A stretch of DNA of 63,873 nucleotides, filler included, from Cercozoa sp. M6MM (GCA_040357565.1; 12 parts of 12 records of this genome joined end to end with filler, not necessarily neighbours in it), one strand, 5' to 3'; numbered from the whole stretch's first letter, positions 13,195 to 30,747 are shown. Notes: generated from the sequence alone by a model not told the origin. Numbers and translations are program-made.

Positions 13195-13386
13195 GTATTA
13201 AGCGTTCCTGTGTGTTGATTTCTTTGCGTCTAGTGCACCACACAGCGAGAAATCGGAGCGATCAGGTTTTTAATATTTCGAGTCAGACTATTTTTTTTAA
13301 ACGACAACAACCGACGACGGCAGCTACTTTCAGTTTGGTGCATGTCGCGTCGGCGTACCGAAAAAGGAAACATCTAACGACGAAAT

Positions 13387-14728
<1,342 letters not shown>

Positions 14729-14903
14729 CTATTTAAAAATAACAGTTANNNNNNNNNNNNNNNNNNNNNNNNNNNNNNNNNNNNNNNNNNNNTTAATTAA
14801 TTAANNNNNNNNNNNNNNNNNNNNNNNNNNNNNNNNNNNNNNNNNNNNTTTTGGGGGCCCCCCCCCCCGATGTTACTGTTGTTCATTGTTTGTCCTTGTG
14901 CAG

Positions 14904-15498
14904 TTGATCTTCAGCAACGACTATCGCTTGTTTCTTCACAGCCCGTGCGTGTTTTTGTGCTTGCTCCGTTTGACTAGAAACTTGAACACTACTAAATGTA
15001 ACATACATAGGATGTTCCAACAAGCGAACAGAATCACAGCATGGGTAAAGGTATTGCGCTTGTAGAATGTATCGTGAATTATGTACACATGGGCAATCTC
15101 CTTCCTTCCAGAACATCAAAGAGTTCTCCGGTGGCATGCAGCACGCCGCTCTCTTGCGTTTGCACACCGTGACTGGCGTGACGTTCGAAGACTTGAAACA
15201 GACCCAAGACTCTATCATGATGGACCACCGTGGAATACGCAAACGATCCTCAGCTAGATCGCCTCAGCATGAAGAAAGCGCCGCAACAAGTCGGTCATCA
15301 GCATACTCAAGTCGCAGTGAGGTACACCTCAAGGGCAACATGAGCACCGACGGCAACAAAACCGTCGTCATCTCAGTCGTACCGCCTTCGAAACAGCAAC
15401 GACTTCACCGCAACTCCTCTGCCTCTGAACTCATCATACATCAGAGCGAGGACGTCGGTGGGCGTAATCCCAGTCGATCCGACAAAAAGGATCAATAG
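14904..15498 (+). CDS. 3' exons of a gene, possibly ending an RGS domain followed by a Ser-rich tail
   Basis: LIFSNDYRLFLHS resembles the RGS C-terminal helix motif (LMxxDSYxRFLxS); last exon is ORF 15067-15498. Confidence 0.35.
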
Positions 15499-15610
15499 CT
15501 GAACCCAGACTTCCAAATGAGGGGTCTAAATAAGTCGAGTGCCACTCACGTCCGGTCGGTCATTACTGCCGCGTGCGGCCAGTGCTGCAATCTACAGCAC
15601 GATAGACCTA

Positions 15611-18600
15611 TCATGATGAGCTCGTGACTTCAGTTTTAAAGCTACATCCGATCTGTCGAACCAAAGGTGAACGTACGCACTAATTCCCGCACGGTACGCT
15701 CCAACCGGACACGACCGTGTACTGATGTGTCGATAAGATCTCCCGCCAGCCTCCACGCGATGTGAAGACTCAAGCACGCGCTGTCCAAGCCGGGCCACGA
15801 TACGACGACAACAAGGCGCGCCCCATCTCCATCCACCGTCGTGCGTGATCGTCGAGCGTCGAAGGTGAACGCCTTCAAGACCAAGTCAGGCGAGTCTAGC
15901 AACGAGATGCCGTGTCTGTCGCGCGTGCCACCTTCTCAAGAGATCGCCACCCCCCTCTCCCACGGATTGACATAGCGCAGACCGTCTTAGAATGCGTAAA
16001 AATCTCCGACCCAATGACGTGACACGACAGGCATTCGCCGCTCAGTTGTTTAATAGAAACATCATCATTAGGATAGATATTCGAATCGCGCCGCAGAGCG
16101 AAGCAAATCAAAGGGCGCGGAACCCTGCCAGCGACCTTTAGAAATGCTGCCCAAGAAGAGAAGCATTGGCAGTGCCCAAACTGCGATCGGCGACGCCAAG
16201 AGCATCCAGCCAGTCGTCACAAAAGCACTGAACACGCAACACACCAGAAACAACCAATGTAGACAGAAGCAGCAAAAGGCTGCCGACACAGAGAGCGAGA
16301 GAAACCTCATTCAGATCAAAGTCGGACTCGGACTCGATCGGCAAGCCTGTTCGAACGTGGAACAACAGCGTGCGTCGCTGCAGCAGCTGCTGCGCAAACG
16401 CTGAGTTGCCGTGTTTCGCAAGATACGCAGAACTCCACCTCTCGTTGCCCATGCCATCACGCAGGATATCCTGGAGTGTCAATAAAAGCCCTATACGTAT
16501 GCGCGGACCAGGGAAAAGCGTACCAAATGCAAAAACGGCCGAGAGCCAAGCTGCGGGTTCCACACGGTCTTGCCCAGTGCGTGCATGCACTTACGCAGCT
16601 TCCGATCCACTTGCTGCCACAGAAAAATGATCGAGCTTTCTTAGTTCAAGAAGAGAGAAGCGATACAGGTTTGAAAGTCGTCTTGGAGTCGCTTTCTATG
16701 AACAGTGACTCAGTGAGCAAGTCACTGTCGGCAAACACACCGGCACAGCGACGGTATTTTTCGGGTGTGCACTCTTCGTCCGGCCGTGCGCAGACCACAG
16801 CGATGCGCGGGAGCTCTCTTGAGACCCTGTGTACGTGTGGACATGTGCACAAGTGCATGATCATATGCGTGAAACGGTACAAAGGGTCACTCTTCTTGTC
16901 CTTGAGTAGGTTTCTAAGCGACTCGGACTCCATGTACAGGTACTCATCGGCGTCAATGCCGAGCACTGCTGTGTGCACAGGTGTTGCCGAGAGTCGTTGC
17001 AGGGCCGCCCAGTTCGCAAGATCCTCAGCGTACACGTGTTGCTCCTCGTGCCATGAGTGCGATTGCCACGGCAGCAACACCACATGCGTCATCGCTCGCG
17101 AGCACTCCGAACCTACAGTTGCTTCGTTCCTTCCCAGCCAAAGGAAACAACAAATCATACCAAGTTGTTCACACAACTCTCTTCGAACCACGCTGAGTGG
17201 AATCACGTTCTGCACGACATTGATGATGATGACGTCCACTTCCACCACGTCCAGTGCATGAAGCACCCACTGAGCCTACTCACACAGCAGAAACCTCAGC
17301 TTTTATTACTCTGATTTGACTCAATTCAAGAAAAAAAGAGCTTTCACCGCAAAGAATGGTGTCGAGAACAGCTTCGGAATCACAAAGGCCGTGTTCTGTC
17401 TCGGCAGCGTCGACACGTGCACGTCCATCGCTGGCACGGTTCGCGCGATCGCGCCGTCTGAAGCCTGCAAAATCAACTCAAGGTAAACTGACTCAAACTC
17501 AACTTTACTCAACTTTACTAACTATACTCTCAACTCAACTCAACTCAACTCAACTCAAACTCAACTCAACTCAACTCACCCAACCCAACCCAACTCAACT
17601 CAAGTAATAACAAGTGAAAGCAAGTTAAAGTGAAACTACCTCAATCTCAACCAGTGGAATCGCGGCGACACCGTAACTTCCCTGCGAAAGCCCTCATTAT
17701 CAAATTCACCAAGTTCCCTGTACAAAAGCCAACAAACCGAATCATCTGAGGGCCGACTAGCGACCCATAAAGCTGCGGTTGGATCAGTCGCGACCTCTCG
17801 AGCAGCGCGCCAGTCATTAGCACGAAAAACGCAAACCACGACTGCGTCCATCCGCGCGGAACCCGGAAAGGTACTTTTATATCTAGCAACAAGGAAATAA
17901 CGGTTTATTCGCATGAAAAAATCAGCACGCAAACAATCTGATACTTGTGTCCGCGCGGAACCAAAAGTGTCGACGAGAGCGATAAACGTCTGGGGTTTCC
18001 TCGAGATGACAATGCGCAACCGTCAATAATACTGCAGTTAGCCAGTTTTCAAAGTTCATTTTGCAAATTCAAATTAACAGAATGATAGATAAAAAGAAAA
18101 TAGGTACGCTTCGCCGTGGAGGACCCTTTCGTATGCACTCGAGTCCAGTTGTGAGAACACTCGCACTGCAACGATTCCGTTCGCCATTGGTCGCTGCGAA
18201 ACGCACGAAAATACGAAAATAAAAACAAAACTGAAATAAAAACGCAAAACACGATAACACGAAAATACAGTTTGGCGGAGTGTTTCAAGCGATTCCAAGG
18301 CGCGTTGCCAGCGCTCCTTTAATCGTGTGACCGATGTGTCACGATGCCGCGCAATCTGCCACAGTTCCTCCGACATTGCCAGTGGATTATCTCGCAAACC
18401 TAGCTGCGATTCGGCATCTTGCCTGCGTCAAAGCAGCACTCAACTCAACTCAACTCAACTCAGCCCAAAGCAAAGACAGTACAGTGAGATATCGTCAGTC
18501 CAACTGGCAGCGTCAGAGAGTCGCCAGTCGACAGCCGCCAGCAGAGGCGACAGGCCATGCCGCGAAGCTCGTAGCGGCATGCGCGACAGTGCGAAGGGCG

Positions 18601-18865
18601 ACTCATAGTCGACATAGTCCTTAGGAAAGTCAAAGTGCTTGATCGACACTGTCAACAACTCGCCTGCCTCGCTCACAATGACGTTGCTTTCGATCGTTGG
18701 CGTCATCAGGTTCCTCATGATGACGAGCCACGTCACCAGCACAATCACGATGGCAACATACTGACTCTTTCGCAGCGTGATCAAGCGCTGCCACACTGGC
18801 TTCTGCACCGCTGCTGCCGAGCTGCGGAAGTCGCTCAACGGCGAGTACTCCGTGCGGCGTAGCAT
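15611..18865 (-). CDS. Type II membrane glycosyltransferase-like protein (GT92/DUF23 or GT2-like)
   Basis: N-terminal TM segment YVAIVIVLVTWLVIM and a DxD-type motif VLGIDADEYLY; some exon joins are approximate. Confidence 0.6.
17487..17603 (+). repeat. (TCAAC)n pentanucleotide array in an intron; also 18438-18462, 20164-20252 and, inverted, 33711-33836
   Basis: Direct reading of tandem CTCAA units. Confidence 0.95.
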
Positions 18866-19296
18866 CAGTGTTCTACATCGCTCAACATGAGAGGAGAGCA
18901 AAGATAACCACCACCCCCACTGTCAATCATCATTTTGCGAATCCTCATGGCATAAAATACGCATCCGCCTTAGTGCTCACACGTCTATGCCCGACGGATA
19001 CTCAAAAATGAGAAGCGTTGGTCGAGGGCAAGTACCATGGTACGGCTCAGCGTGAGCCAGGAGCTTTCGGCGCGATCAATACAGCTGCTGAATCAGGTCG
19101 ATCAAAATTTGTGTCTCAAACAGAACTTACTCTTGCAAGCCAGTTCAGGTGTGTGTCATTTGTTGCTAGGCGTGCCTCGAGAAGTGAAGGCACGCGGGAA
19201 CGAAATCTTGGAAAAGCAGTTTCGAGACGGGCAAAACGAGCAAAGCAACCCCGCGAAAACTGAGCTGGAAAAGGCGCAAGTGTTTTCGAGAACGGC

Positions 19297-21165
19297 ATGA
19301 CGGAAGGCCGCGAACTGACACTAGACGACCTGCGTCTGCCCGCGTCGGACTTGCGCAGATTCACGGAGTACTGGCTACGGTACTTCCCGCTGGACACTCC
19401 GGACGCGAATGGACAGTCGAAAGAATTGCTGCCGGGTGCATTTTGTCTTTGCTTCCTTCGGAAAAGTTGACTTTTGTTTCGACACGCAGGGTCCAGAGTG
19501 TTCAAGTTTTTCTCGTCGTCGCGCTTAAAGCGGCAGATGCTGGCGCAGATCTGGAACGTCGCCGTGCAGAACAAGAAGCGATCTGGCGGTCTCACGTACG
19601 TTGTGACATACCTTCGATCGTTTTCAAAGAGCTTTAACTGCTTTAAAATATCCCCGAAAGCTTTTGGAATCGCTTCGAAAGCTTTTAAAATAGCTTCGAT
19701 AACTTTTTTGAAATAGCTTCGAAAGATTGTGAAATAGCTTTACAGTTCGGAAAAGCTTTCAAGAGCTGTTTGACGTGTTGGGCAGGTTCGTGCAGTTCTG
19801 CAGCTGTCTGCGACTCATTGCGCTGGCGCAGAGCGGAGTTCCGCCGACCACACAAAATCTCTTCAAAAACACGTAGTGCTTTAACTCTGCTTTTTCCAAG
19901 AGTGCTCTCGACGTGTGCTACTTGGCGCAGACGAGTAGCAACGATGCCGCTGCTCAAGGAGGAGGCTCTGCCGTCGCGAGGGGTGTCACCGACTCCGCAA
20001 TCCACTGAACGCAAGAGCACCGGCGCACTGACGCCAGTTCCGACACAGTCGACATCTGCTCCGGGCAGCGGCGCCAGTTCGCCGCTTATCGATTTCGGCA
20101 GCAGCAGGAGAGCGACCAACACGGCTCCTTCCTCGCCTCAACTGGTTTCTCCGGTATGCACTTTCTCAACTCAACTCAACTCAACTCAACTCAACTCAAC
20201 TCAACTCAACTCAACTCAACTCAACTCAACTCAACTCAACTCAACTCAACTCAGCCCAACTGAACTCTCAAAGCAGCTCATAAACATGCGTTGCAGGCAC
20301 CGGCACAGGCAGAGGAATTGACGAAACTTAGACGGCGAGTTCGCGAGCAAGAGACGCAAATCAACGAGTTGCAGACGAAGCTGCAAGCCACACAACTCGA
20401 GCTTCGACTGGCGCGAGAACAGATCGCCCAACTCGAGTCGCGAAGTGTACAGCTTTTCTTTCGCTTTCAAAGCTTTTACTTTCACGTTCGAAGCTTTTTC
20501 TTTCACTTTCAAAGCTTTCACTGTGTAAACTTGGCGATCTGTTCTTTGCGCGCAGAAGCACAGCAGCCCAACCCCAAGTACGCACAGTGTTCAAACCGAC
20601 GAGCAGTCGCCAGCCGCCGACGCAGAACCAACAGCTCTTGTTGCTCCTACAGACACAAACGGTCAACAAGCCGAGTGTGTCGACAGCGTTTTCGTCATGA
20701 CGGAAGACGCTTTCGAAAACTACGCGAATTTCTTTGAAGTCGCGGATGTGTACGCTTTATTTTTCGGTCAAACGCTTTCTACAGCTTTCGCTTTTTAGCT
20801 TCGCTTTTCAGAGCTTTCGCTTTTTTTTTGCAGCTTTGTATTTTTTGCCTTTGGTTGCAGCAAAGGCGACGGCGTCGTGTCGGGCGAGGAAGCGCGCAAC
20901 TTCTTTCGCAAGTCAAGGCTCAAAGGCCGCGTGCTCAAGAAGATCTGGGTGATTGCCGATATCGATCAAGATGGCTGTCTCAATCTGGAAGAGTTCGCTG
21001 TTGCCATGCATCTAATCATGCTGCTACGTCAGGGTACGTTTTGCACTCACTCAGTCACCTTCGCGTTTCTCCTACTATCGTTTTTTGCTGATCTTGTTTC
21101 CTGCAGGCTTGATCGACGATATCCCAGACCAGTTGCCGGACGAGCTTTACCCTTACACTGAGTAG
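19297..21165 (+). CDS. EH-domain endocytic protein (EH - Ser/Pro-rich - coiled coil - EH)
   Basis: N-terminal EH VFKFFSSSRLKRQMLAQIWNVA; C-terminal EH GEEARNFFRKSRLKGRVLKKIWVIADIDQDGCLNLEEFAVAMHLI...IPDQLPDEL. Confidence 0.9.
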
Positions 21166-21215
21166 TTGGTGCGTGGTGCCGGCACTGGGCAGTCGCGTTT
21201 CGCTTTGCATCAGTT

Positions 21216-21336
21216 GTTAGTTAGTTGAGTCTTCTAGGAAACCAACTATGTAGTTCCCCTGCACCAGTCTGGGGTGGGTCACAAGAGCATGGCCGTGTCT
21301 ACCGCCCGCTTAGGGTAGGACCATACAACTCCCCTT
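21216..21336 (-). repeat. Best-preserved copy of the dispersed SINE/LINE-end-like element
   Basis: Near-identical to 38661-38726 and collinear over ~120 nt with 62586-62713; minus strand ends GACTCAACTAACTAAC. Confidence 0.8.
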
Positions 21337-21585
21337 TTGACGTTCCCCAGACACCGAAGTCGACTTCAAGGTTGGTGCAGGTAGCGGGCTACAAGTAGAG
21401 AGGCGTCGCAGGCGGTGTCGGTCGTCCCGTCGTCGTCCTCCCGCCTCTCCACTCGATAACGAAGCAAGCAATCAGACATAGACTNNNNNNNNNNNNNNNN
21501 NNNNNNNNNNNNNNNNNNNNNNNNNNNNTTAATTAATTAANNNNNNNNNNNNNNNNNNNNNNNNNNNNNNNNNNNNNNNNNNNNA

Positions 21586-23940
<2,355 letters not shown>

Positions 23941-24372
23941 CTAAAAGTAGACACGAAGGCTTGGACTCAGAAATACGGTACCAGGATGGCTGTGGCACCA
24001 AAAAAGAAAAATCTAAAATTCTTGATATCAATAACCGAAGCGGGACGCGAGTACAGAAGCGCGAAACTCACCTCTTTGTCCTGTAGTGTGCTATACACGT
24101 TGTTTCTTGTCCTACGCACGTCTCTATCGATGCGAAACGACAAATAATTATTCTAGGTTCCTGAACCGAAATAAAGGGTCACGAAGCTGATGAAAGTGAT
24201 CGATCACGGGGCCATCGCGACCTGCTGCCGCAGTTGGACACGCACGGCAGCCATGTGTCTCGTCTTCCGATCCTCACAGGTGTTGGTCTTCGCGTGTTGG
24301 ACGAGCAGGTGGCACAGGCTGCCGGGACCTAGGCGCGGTTGAAGTACTTGCAGGAGACTGAGCGAAGGTGAC

Positions 24373-24427
24373 AGTTAGTTCAGTGTAGTAAGAAACCAAC
24401 TATCGTATGTAGTTTCCCTGTATCCAG
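24373..24427 (-). repeat. Degenerate copy of the dispersed end-motif
   Basis: AGTTAGTTCAGTGTAGTAAGAAACCAACTATCGTATGTAGTTTCCCTGTATCCAG aligns with the 21216 and 38661 copies. Confidence 0.7.
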
Positions 24428-24565
24428 CCCTGGTGCGTATCCATTTCGTCGCGAAGTTTAGTTCGGATTTTACTCGAGTTAAATCGGACAATGGGTGGAT
24501 GGTTCTTATGTGGGCACTTAGCACAAACTTTGCGTACACCTGTTCGGCTGTTCGCGCCCGAAAAC

Positions 24566-25107
24566 TCAGAAAATGGTGCCGACTGACAGAGGCTCCCAGG
24601 TTTTTGATGAGCCTCCCGACTGAGACAATGTGTACATTGGGGAAGAACACAAAAACAAAGTGGCACAGCAAGGGAAACGCGCACCAGGATCGCGTCGATT
24701 TCGTCTTCAGTCATTGGGATGCGCTGGTACCTGTAGAACAATTCGCGTCAAGAAAACACAATCCCTGAATCGACAGAAGGGAGAGGCAAGGCTACTGCTT
24801 CGGCATTTCGTACTGCATCATAAAGTCACCAAAATCGTCATTGCCCTGCTTGATCTGCAAAAACACATTTGCGCATTAAGGAAGGACACAGCCACACTCC
24901 ATGAAGTAGGGTAGGGTACCGCTTCCATCGGGTAGAGACCCATCTGTGCCTCGATCTCGGCGCGCTTGCCATGACGGAAGCGAATCGACGGCACACGGGC
25001 AGAGAGATTCCTCGCTACACGGCGGAAACAATCAAGAAAACAAAATGATATCACGAAGAAACAATGGCACCTTGGACACGTCCAACAATGCGACCAAGAC
25101 GCAACAT
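24566..25107 (-). CDS. KGD4: KGD4/MRPS36 family 2-oxoglutarate dehydrogenase adaptor subunit (mitochondrial)
   Basis: MLRLGRIVGRVQARNLSARVPSIRFRHGK...YQRIPMTEDEIDAILSGG: presequence, PxIxF motif and C-terminal EIxxIxxGG signature; 4 introns. Confidence 0.82.
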
Positions 25108-25490
25108 TTTTCCAAACGGCAACACCTGACACCAACCAGCAGTAGGATAACCTATGGCACGGTTTTGTCTGTAAGGATAGATGCTAAGCTCAACAGGAGG
25201 GCCGATTGTGACTGGCTGCCCCTTTAACGAGTATGCGTTTCAAAAATGATTGTCCAGGTTGTACAGAGGGACTACTTTTAAAGAATCAGCTTGATCATGT
25301 AGTGAACTCGTCATCGCAAACTGCAGAGTTGTCAATCGCTATAGCAACGTTGCACTGTAAAATTTAGCAGCCTGAAGGTGTAGGTTTCTGTCTGTTTGTA
25401 TGATGGGATGAATATTGAGTTTCTCGAGATCATGGCTCGTCAGCCAGAAGAGGAGACAAATAATGCCGTGGTTTTGTAGGCCATCACGAC

Positions 25491-26728
25491 ATGTCGCTGT
25501 GGCACTTCTGGCGAAGGCGGCGACGCCAAATGACGCGCTGGTTGGCCTTCTTTCTCGTATTTTCTGTCTCGTGGGATAACCCAATGTGGGTATCGACAGG
25601 GAGAAGCTGCGTCTGTCGCCTTTCCAGAAGTGGAAACTCTTCGGCCGACCTCCGTGGAAGTTCCTGATCCAGGTGATGCTCGTCGTGTTGACCACTCTTC
25701 AGGTATGCCACTTCACGTTTGTACTGCTGTTTGCTTTCACTGTATTTTCTCGTTATCCCCCTCCCCCCCCCAGCCCCCGACAGGTGCTGCTGTGGAACTC
25801 GCAAGTGACGCCCTTCCAGCGCGCGCAGCGGCAGAACTGGCAGCGCGTGTTGCCGCTTGAGGTGCGTTCTCTCTGTCCCCTGTTACCTCCTATAGCCGCC
25901 GCTGCTATACCCTTCCCTTCCCTCCCACAGGGCCTGGAACCCGAGGACGAGATGGCAGCCATCCAGGACTACACACTGTTCACGGTGCAGCAGGTGGTCG
26001 AGCAGGTCGACCAGACACTGCGCACCTTCTGGCAGGCGCCAAACCAGAGCATTGACTTCTTTGATTTCGTCTACACGGATGCCAATCACACTGTACCTAT
26101 AACTGTCCACCCGTACATATTTATGCCCATAGATTAGAGGTATAATTGGCGTAGGTGTTGCCTCCGCGGATTGAAGCCTCGATCTACGAGGCTGGCAAGG
26201 ACATCTTCGACATACGCACGCCGTTCGACAACTCAGTGCGACAGGAGGAGTGGACGCTACAAAACAAGAATGACCGGTGGGTTTCTCTGTCTGTCTGTCT
26301 GTGTCTGTCTGTGTCTGTCTGTCTGTCTGTCTGTCTGTCGGTCTGGTAGCCTGTATGCTGTGCACATACAGAGGACCCTTTGCGGCACCGTCGGATATCG
26401 AGAACGACCCGGCAGAGTTTGCACGAGTGGTACGCCGTTCCTTGTAGTTTTGTGCCATGTGTGTGTGTGTGTGCGTGTGTGTGTGTATGTGTGTGTGTGT
26501 ATGTGTTGGAACTGCACGTGCGCAGAGGGACCAGCTGCGCGTCATGCGCGATTTCTCGGTGCAGTTCGAAGTGCGCAACTTTCTCATTCGCGGCAACTCA
26601 CGTAACACGTGTTCACCCAGTCTGTAACGGTGTGTGACTGACTGACTACTGATGCGAGCAGGCACATGTTTCCACGAAACCGTTACTCAGAAGTTTGCCT
26701 TTGCTGTGCGTGGCGCCATCACTGCGAG
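25491..26728 (+). CDS. Mucolipin/TRPML-type cation channel, N-terminal part (3' truncated)
   Basis: LSPFQKWKLFGRPPWKFLIQVMLVVLTTLQ matches the TRPML pre-S1/S1 motif; a lumenal polycystin-mucolipin-like domain follows. Confidence 0.85.
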
Positions 26729-26898
26729 GTACACGTGTATCTAAAGATAAACTAAAGGTGTATAGATGTTGGGATACTATATATATATATATATATATNN
26801 NNNNNNNNNNNNNNNNNNNNNNNNNNNNNNNNNNNNNNNNNNTTAATTAATTAANNNNNNNNNNNNNNNNNNNNNNNNNNNNNNNNNNNNNNNNNNNN

Positions 26899-26959
<61 letters not shown>

Positions 26960-28838
26960 GGACAGTGCAAAGACAGGAGGCGGCGATGCCGACGAGTCGA
27001 ACAGGTCGTAGCAGTTTAGGTCTACCAGAACAACACAACACAGGGTAGAATAGGGTAGGGTAGGGTAGGGTAGAGTAGAGGGTAGGGTAGGGTAGAGTAG
27101 GTAGAGCAGGGTAGGATAGGGCAGAGAGTAGGGTATAGGGTAGGGTAGGGTAGAGGGTAGGGTAGGGTAGGGTAAGGATAGTCACAGTACCTGACGTTAT
27201 GAGGTAGCGACCGGACACATCGAAAACGCGTCGGCGAAAGTCCGAACACTCGGAGTCCGCGTCGCTGCCGAACTGCGCAATCGCTCGGTCCGGCACGCGA
27301 CGGTCCCACATTCTGTTGGTACACAAACAGATATGCATAATACATGCATTTATATCTATATATTTATATACTTACATCTTTAAATACATGAATATATTTA
27401 TATAAATATATATACCGATATATACGTTCATATATCGATACAGATAGATCTATAGAGACAATGTCGAACAAGGTAGTTCAGCAGGTACTGGACACTGAGC
27501 GACCGGCGCGCACTGGACAGCAGCAGGTGCTCGTTGACGCTGCGCACCTGCGACACGCCGTGCCGCTGCCGTGGGTACACCTGCGTCACTGCCCTCCTGC
27601 GTGTGGAGGGGTAAAGGGGGTAGTAAAGAAGGTAGAGAGTTAAAGGGGGTCAAGAAGAGAGGGGGTAAACCTGTCCCTCAAGTCGAGTGTCGCCAGTGCA
27701 CCGGCAAACGTGCCCAGAACGAACTCGTGTCGCTCTCGTTTTCGCTTCTTTTTTTTGCTGTCCTGCGTCGCCTCCTGCGTCCGCGGGTAAGGGGATAAAT
27801 GTCAGGGGTAAGGGGTGGGGAGCTAACCTTGAGGGCGTCCAGACAGGAGACGAGTCCGCAATGTTTCAGTCGGCGCAGCAGGCAGTGACTAACGTCACGT
27901 GGTCGCTGCGTGTGGAACCACATGCACCGTCTGTCGGCACCTACATTCAGTCAGCCTCAGAGATCATTCCGCGGTCACTCTGCGATCATTTGGTGGTCAC
28001 TTTGGTACCTAGACACACGATGGAACCGTCGGGACTGAACGCGGCGCTGTAGGTGTCGCGAAACTCGCCTTCCAGCTCGGCTACGTTTTTACCCCTCTTT
28101 TCTCCTCTTTTTCACCTCTGCATACCTCCTCTTTACCCCCCCCCCACAAAGCAGAAACGTACTGCGCAGAAGGTACTTTACGTCTCCCGTGAATGCGTCC
28201 ACTGCAACACGCACAAGTACTTTGCCTCCCCCTGTAGCCTCTGTGCAACCCATAGATCTACCAAAGGCCGGCATTGTGCGCGCACGCAGCACAAGAAACC
28301 CGCATTTCTCGTCAGCACTCTGACTGCTCATTCTGTGCACATACAGACATCTATATACATATACTGTGCACATACAGACATATATATACACATATATTTA
28401 TACATCTTGTATCTCCAGTTATCAAGTAGAAGTGTACATGTTCATATAGATGGACATACAGTGTATATTAGTATATTTAGACAATACACAGGGCATACCC
28501 AGGATGCCACACGACCTGCCTAATGTTGCCGCCTTTGGAACTCGCAAACACTGGCTTAACCTCTGTGTTGCTGCAGTCTTGCTGCTCTGTGCAACACAAA
28601 AAAATGCTGGAAAAAGGAACAGAAGAGAGAAGCGAAAGAAGACAGCTACGGTAGACTGCAGCCACCAGTGTCGACAGGTCAAAGAGTCGCCACCGCTCGT
28701 CGCCGCTGTTGGTCACCAGGCACCTATCGAGCAGGCAGTTTCAATTAGAACCACACCCTTAACACACACAACAAGTTACAGTCCATCCGGCGACCAGGTA
28801 GCCTGCCGCAGACAGCGTCCTGTCCGTGCACCAATCAT
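26899..28838 (-). CDS. WRAP53: WD40 protein, telomerase Cajal body protein 1-like (3' truncated)
   Basis: LRQATWSPDGL, YSAAFSPDGSIVCLG, WDRR...RRVFDVSGRYLITSG, LNCYDL follow the TCAB1/WDR79 motif order. Confidence 0.72.
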
Positions 28839-29119
28839 CCAAAGGCAGCGGAAAGCTGAAAAAATCCAATCACACCATTGAAGTGGTCCGAAATTTCCAG
28901 TGGCGGTAGCACTGGCCGTAGAGACCACTCTGTAGTCATTACACACCACTAAACTCACAAGAAAATCTAAGTTTAGGCAGTAGACGTCTTAATCGGTTTT
29001 TTCGCATTGACAGCCTTGTTGCTGGACGCAATCGCTTGCTAGAACGGGGTTGTTATTGTATGTTAACGCGGCTAAACCGCCGATTGCCCCAGCTTCGTTT
29101 CGCTTCGCCATCACACAAA

Positions 29120-30530
29120 ATGTCGAAGGGCAGTGCATCCATGACAGCCGATGGGGCTGCTGACACGCCCGAGGTCGAAAAGTCGCTGCTGTGGAACGTC
29201 GCCGACTACCGCAAGCACGCGCACGAAATGGTCGACTTTATCGCCGATTTCTACGAGAGCATTGAGGTAGTTCTGAAGCGACTGCATCTGCCAATGACGT
29301 GGAACCAGTTTATTCGTTTCATGACAAAGTTCAGTCTGGTCTCTTCCTGTGCAGAAACGCCGTGTGCTCAGCAATGTCAAGCCTGGAGACATTGTGGGTA
29401 CGCTTAAGTTTGCTTGTCCGCTTGAGGAGTGTTTGCTCGTTTGATGAAATTTGCAACCGCGCGGACAGGTCAGGTGCCTGAGTCGGCACCCGAAATGCCA
29501 GAATCCTTCGACACAATCATGCAAGATGTGGAGAATATTGTCATGCCAGGTATGTCTACCATATATAGGATTGCGTGGACGTTCTAAAGCGTGCTTTGCG
29601 TCAGGTGTGACACACTGGCAGTCTCCAATGTATTTCGCTTACTTTCCGGGCAACACTTCGGTATCAGTCCACGTGAAAATAGCACTGCTTGTTCCAAAAC
29701 AGCGCAACTCTGATCAGTTCGCCTCAATGACGGGCGATATGCTGTCGTCTGCTCTGGCGCCAGTGTGCTTCTCTTGGGTGTTTTCATTTTCTCGCTCATT
29801 GAACTTTGAAAGCTGGGCGAAAACAGCTTTGAGATTTGATGCAAGAGATGCGCGCAGATTTGTTCGCCGGCGGCGACGGAACTCGAAATGCGCGTAACTG
29901 GAAGCTTTCGTCAAACGTGAAACTTCACAGTTGTGTGCATTGATATTTTATGTCTTTTTATTTTGTGTCCAGATGATGGATTGGCTGGCCGAGCTGCTGC
30001 AGCTGCCGGAGGAGTTCTACACCTGCAAGAACGGTCAGGTACCCCTTGGTTAGCTATGAGGATGTATGTCTGCACAAACAAGCTTGTTGGTTCGAGCAGG
30101 GCATTGGAAGCATCCAGGGAACGGCTTCGGAGGCAGTGTTGGTAACTCTGCTGGCTGCGAGGGAACGGGCCATCGATCGGCAGGCTGGTGTGCTCCTGCT
30201 TGAGCTCTCTTAGCCCTTTGCCCCCTTACTTCTTCTCTCCCTTCAACTCCCTGACTCCTTCTCTCTACCCTTCACTTCTTACTCCTTCCCTACCCTTTAT
30301 TCCTTACTTCTTTGGCTCCTTACCTCACGCAGACTTGTCGAAGCTGGTGGCCTACGTGTCAACGGAAACGCACTCGTCGGTGCAGAAGGCGTGCAACATC
30401 GCGGCGATTCCACACCTTCGCGCCATCGCTACGGACAAGGTTTGCCCCCTTACGCCGTCCCCTCTTCCAAAGTATGTGTGGTGTGAGCAGACCCGCAGCA
30501 TGAGTGTCTCTGCACTGCGCGATCAGATCG
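29120..30530 (+). CDS. Group II PLP-dependent aromatic L-amino-acid (DOPA/tyrosine) decarboxylase (3' truncated)
   Basis: HEMVDFIADFY, VMPGVTHWQSPMYFAYFP, FSWICSPAATELE, GSIQGTASEAVLVTLLAAR, LVAYVSTETHSSVQKA. Confidence 0.95.
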
Positions 30531-30543
30531 GTATCACTGACTG

Positions 30544-30591
<48 letters not shown>

Positions 30592-30747
30592 NNNNNNNNN
30601 NNNNNNNNNNNNNNNNNNNNNNNNNNNNNNNNNNNTTAATTAATTAANNNNNNNNNNNNNNNNNNNNNNNNNNNNNNNNNNNNNNNNNNNNACACACAGA
30701 CACAGACACAGACACAGACACAAACAGACACAGACAGCACAATATAC

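Noticed and set aside
19037-19300. 87-aa ORF whose stop overlaps the EH gene start (ATGA)
   Set aside because: No homology cues; most likely a chance ORF in the promoter or 5' UTR
24566-25135. Initial reading as GINS subunit PSF2
   Set aside because: The spliced product is only about 100 aa and carries KGD4/MRPS36 motifs instead
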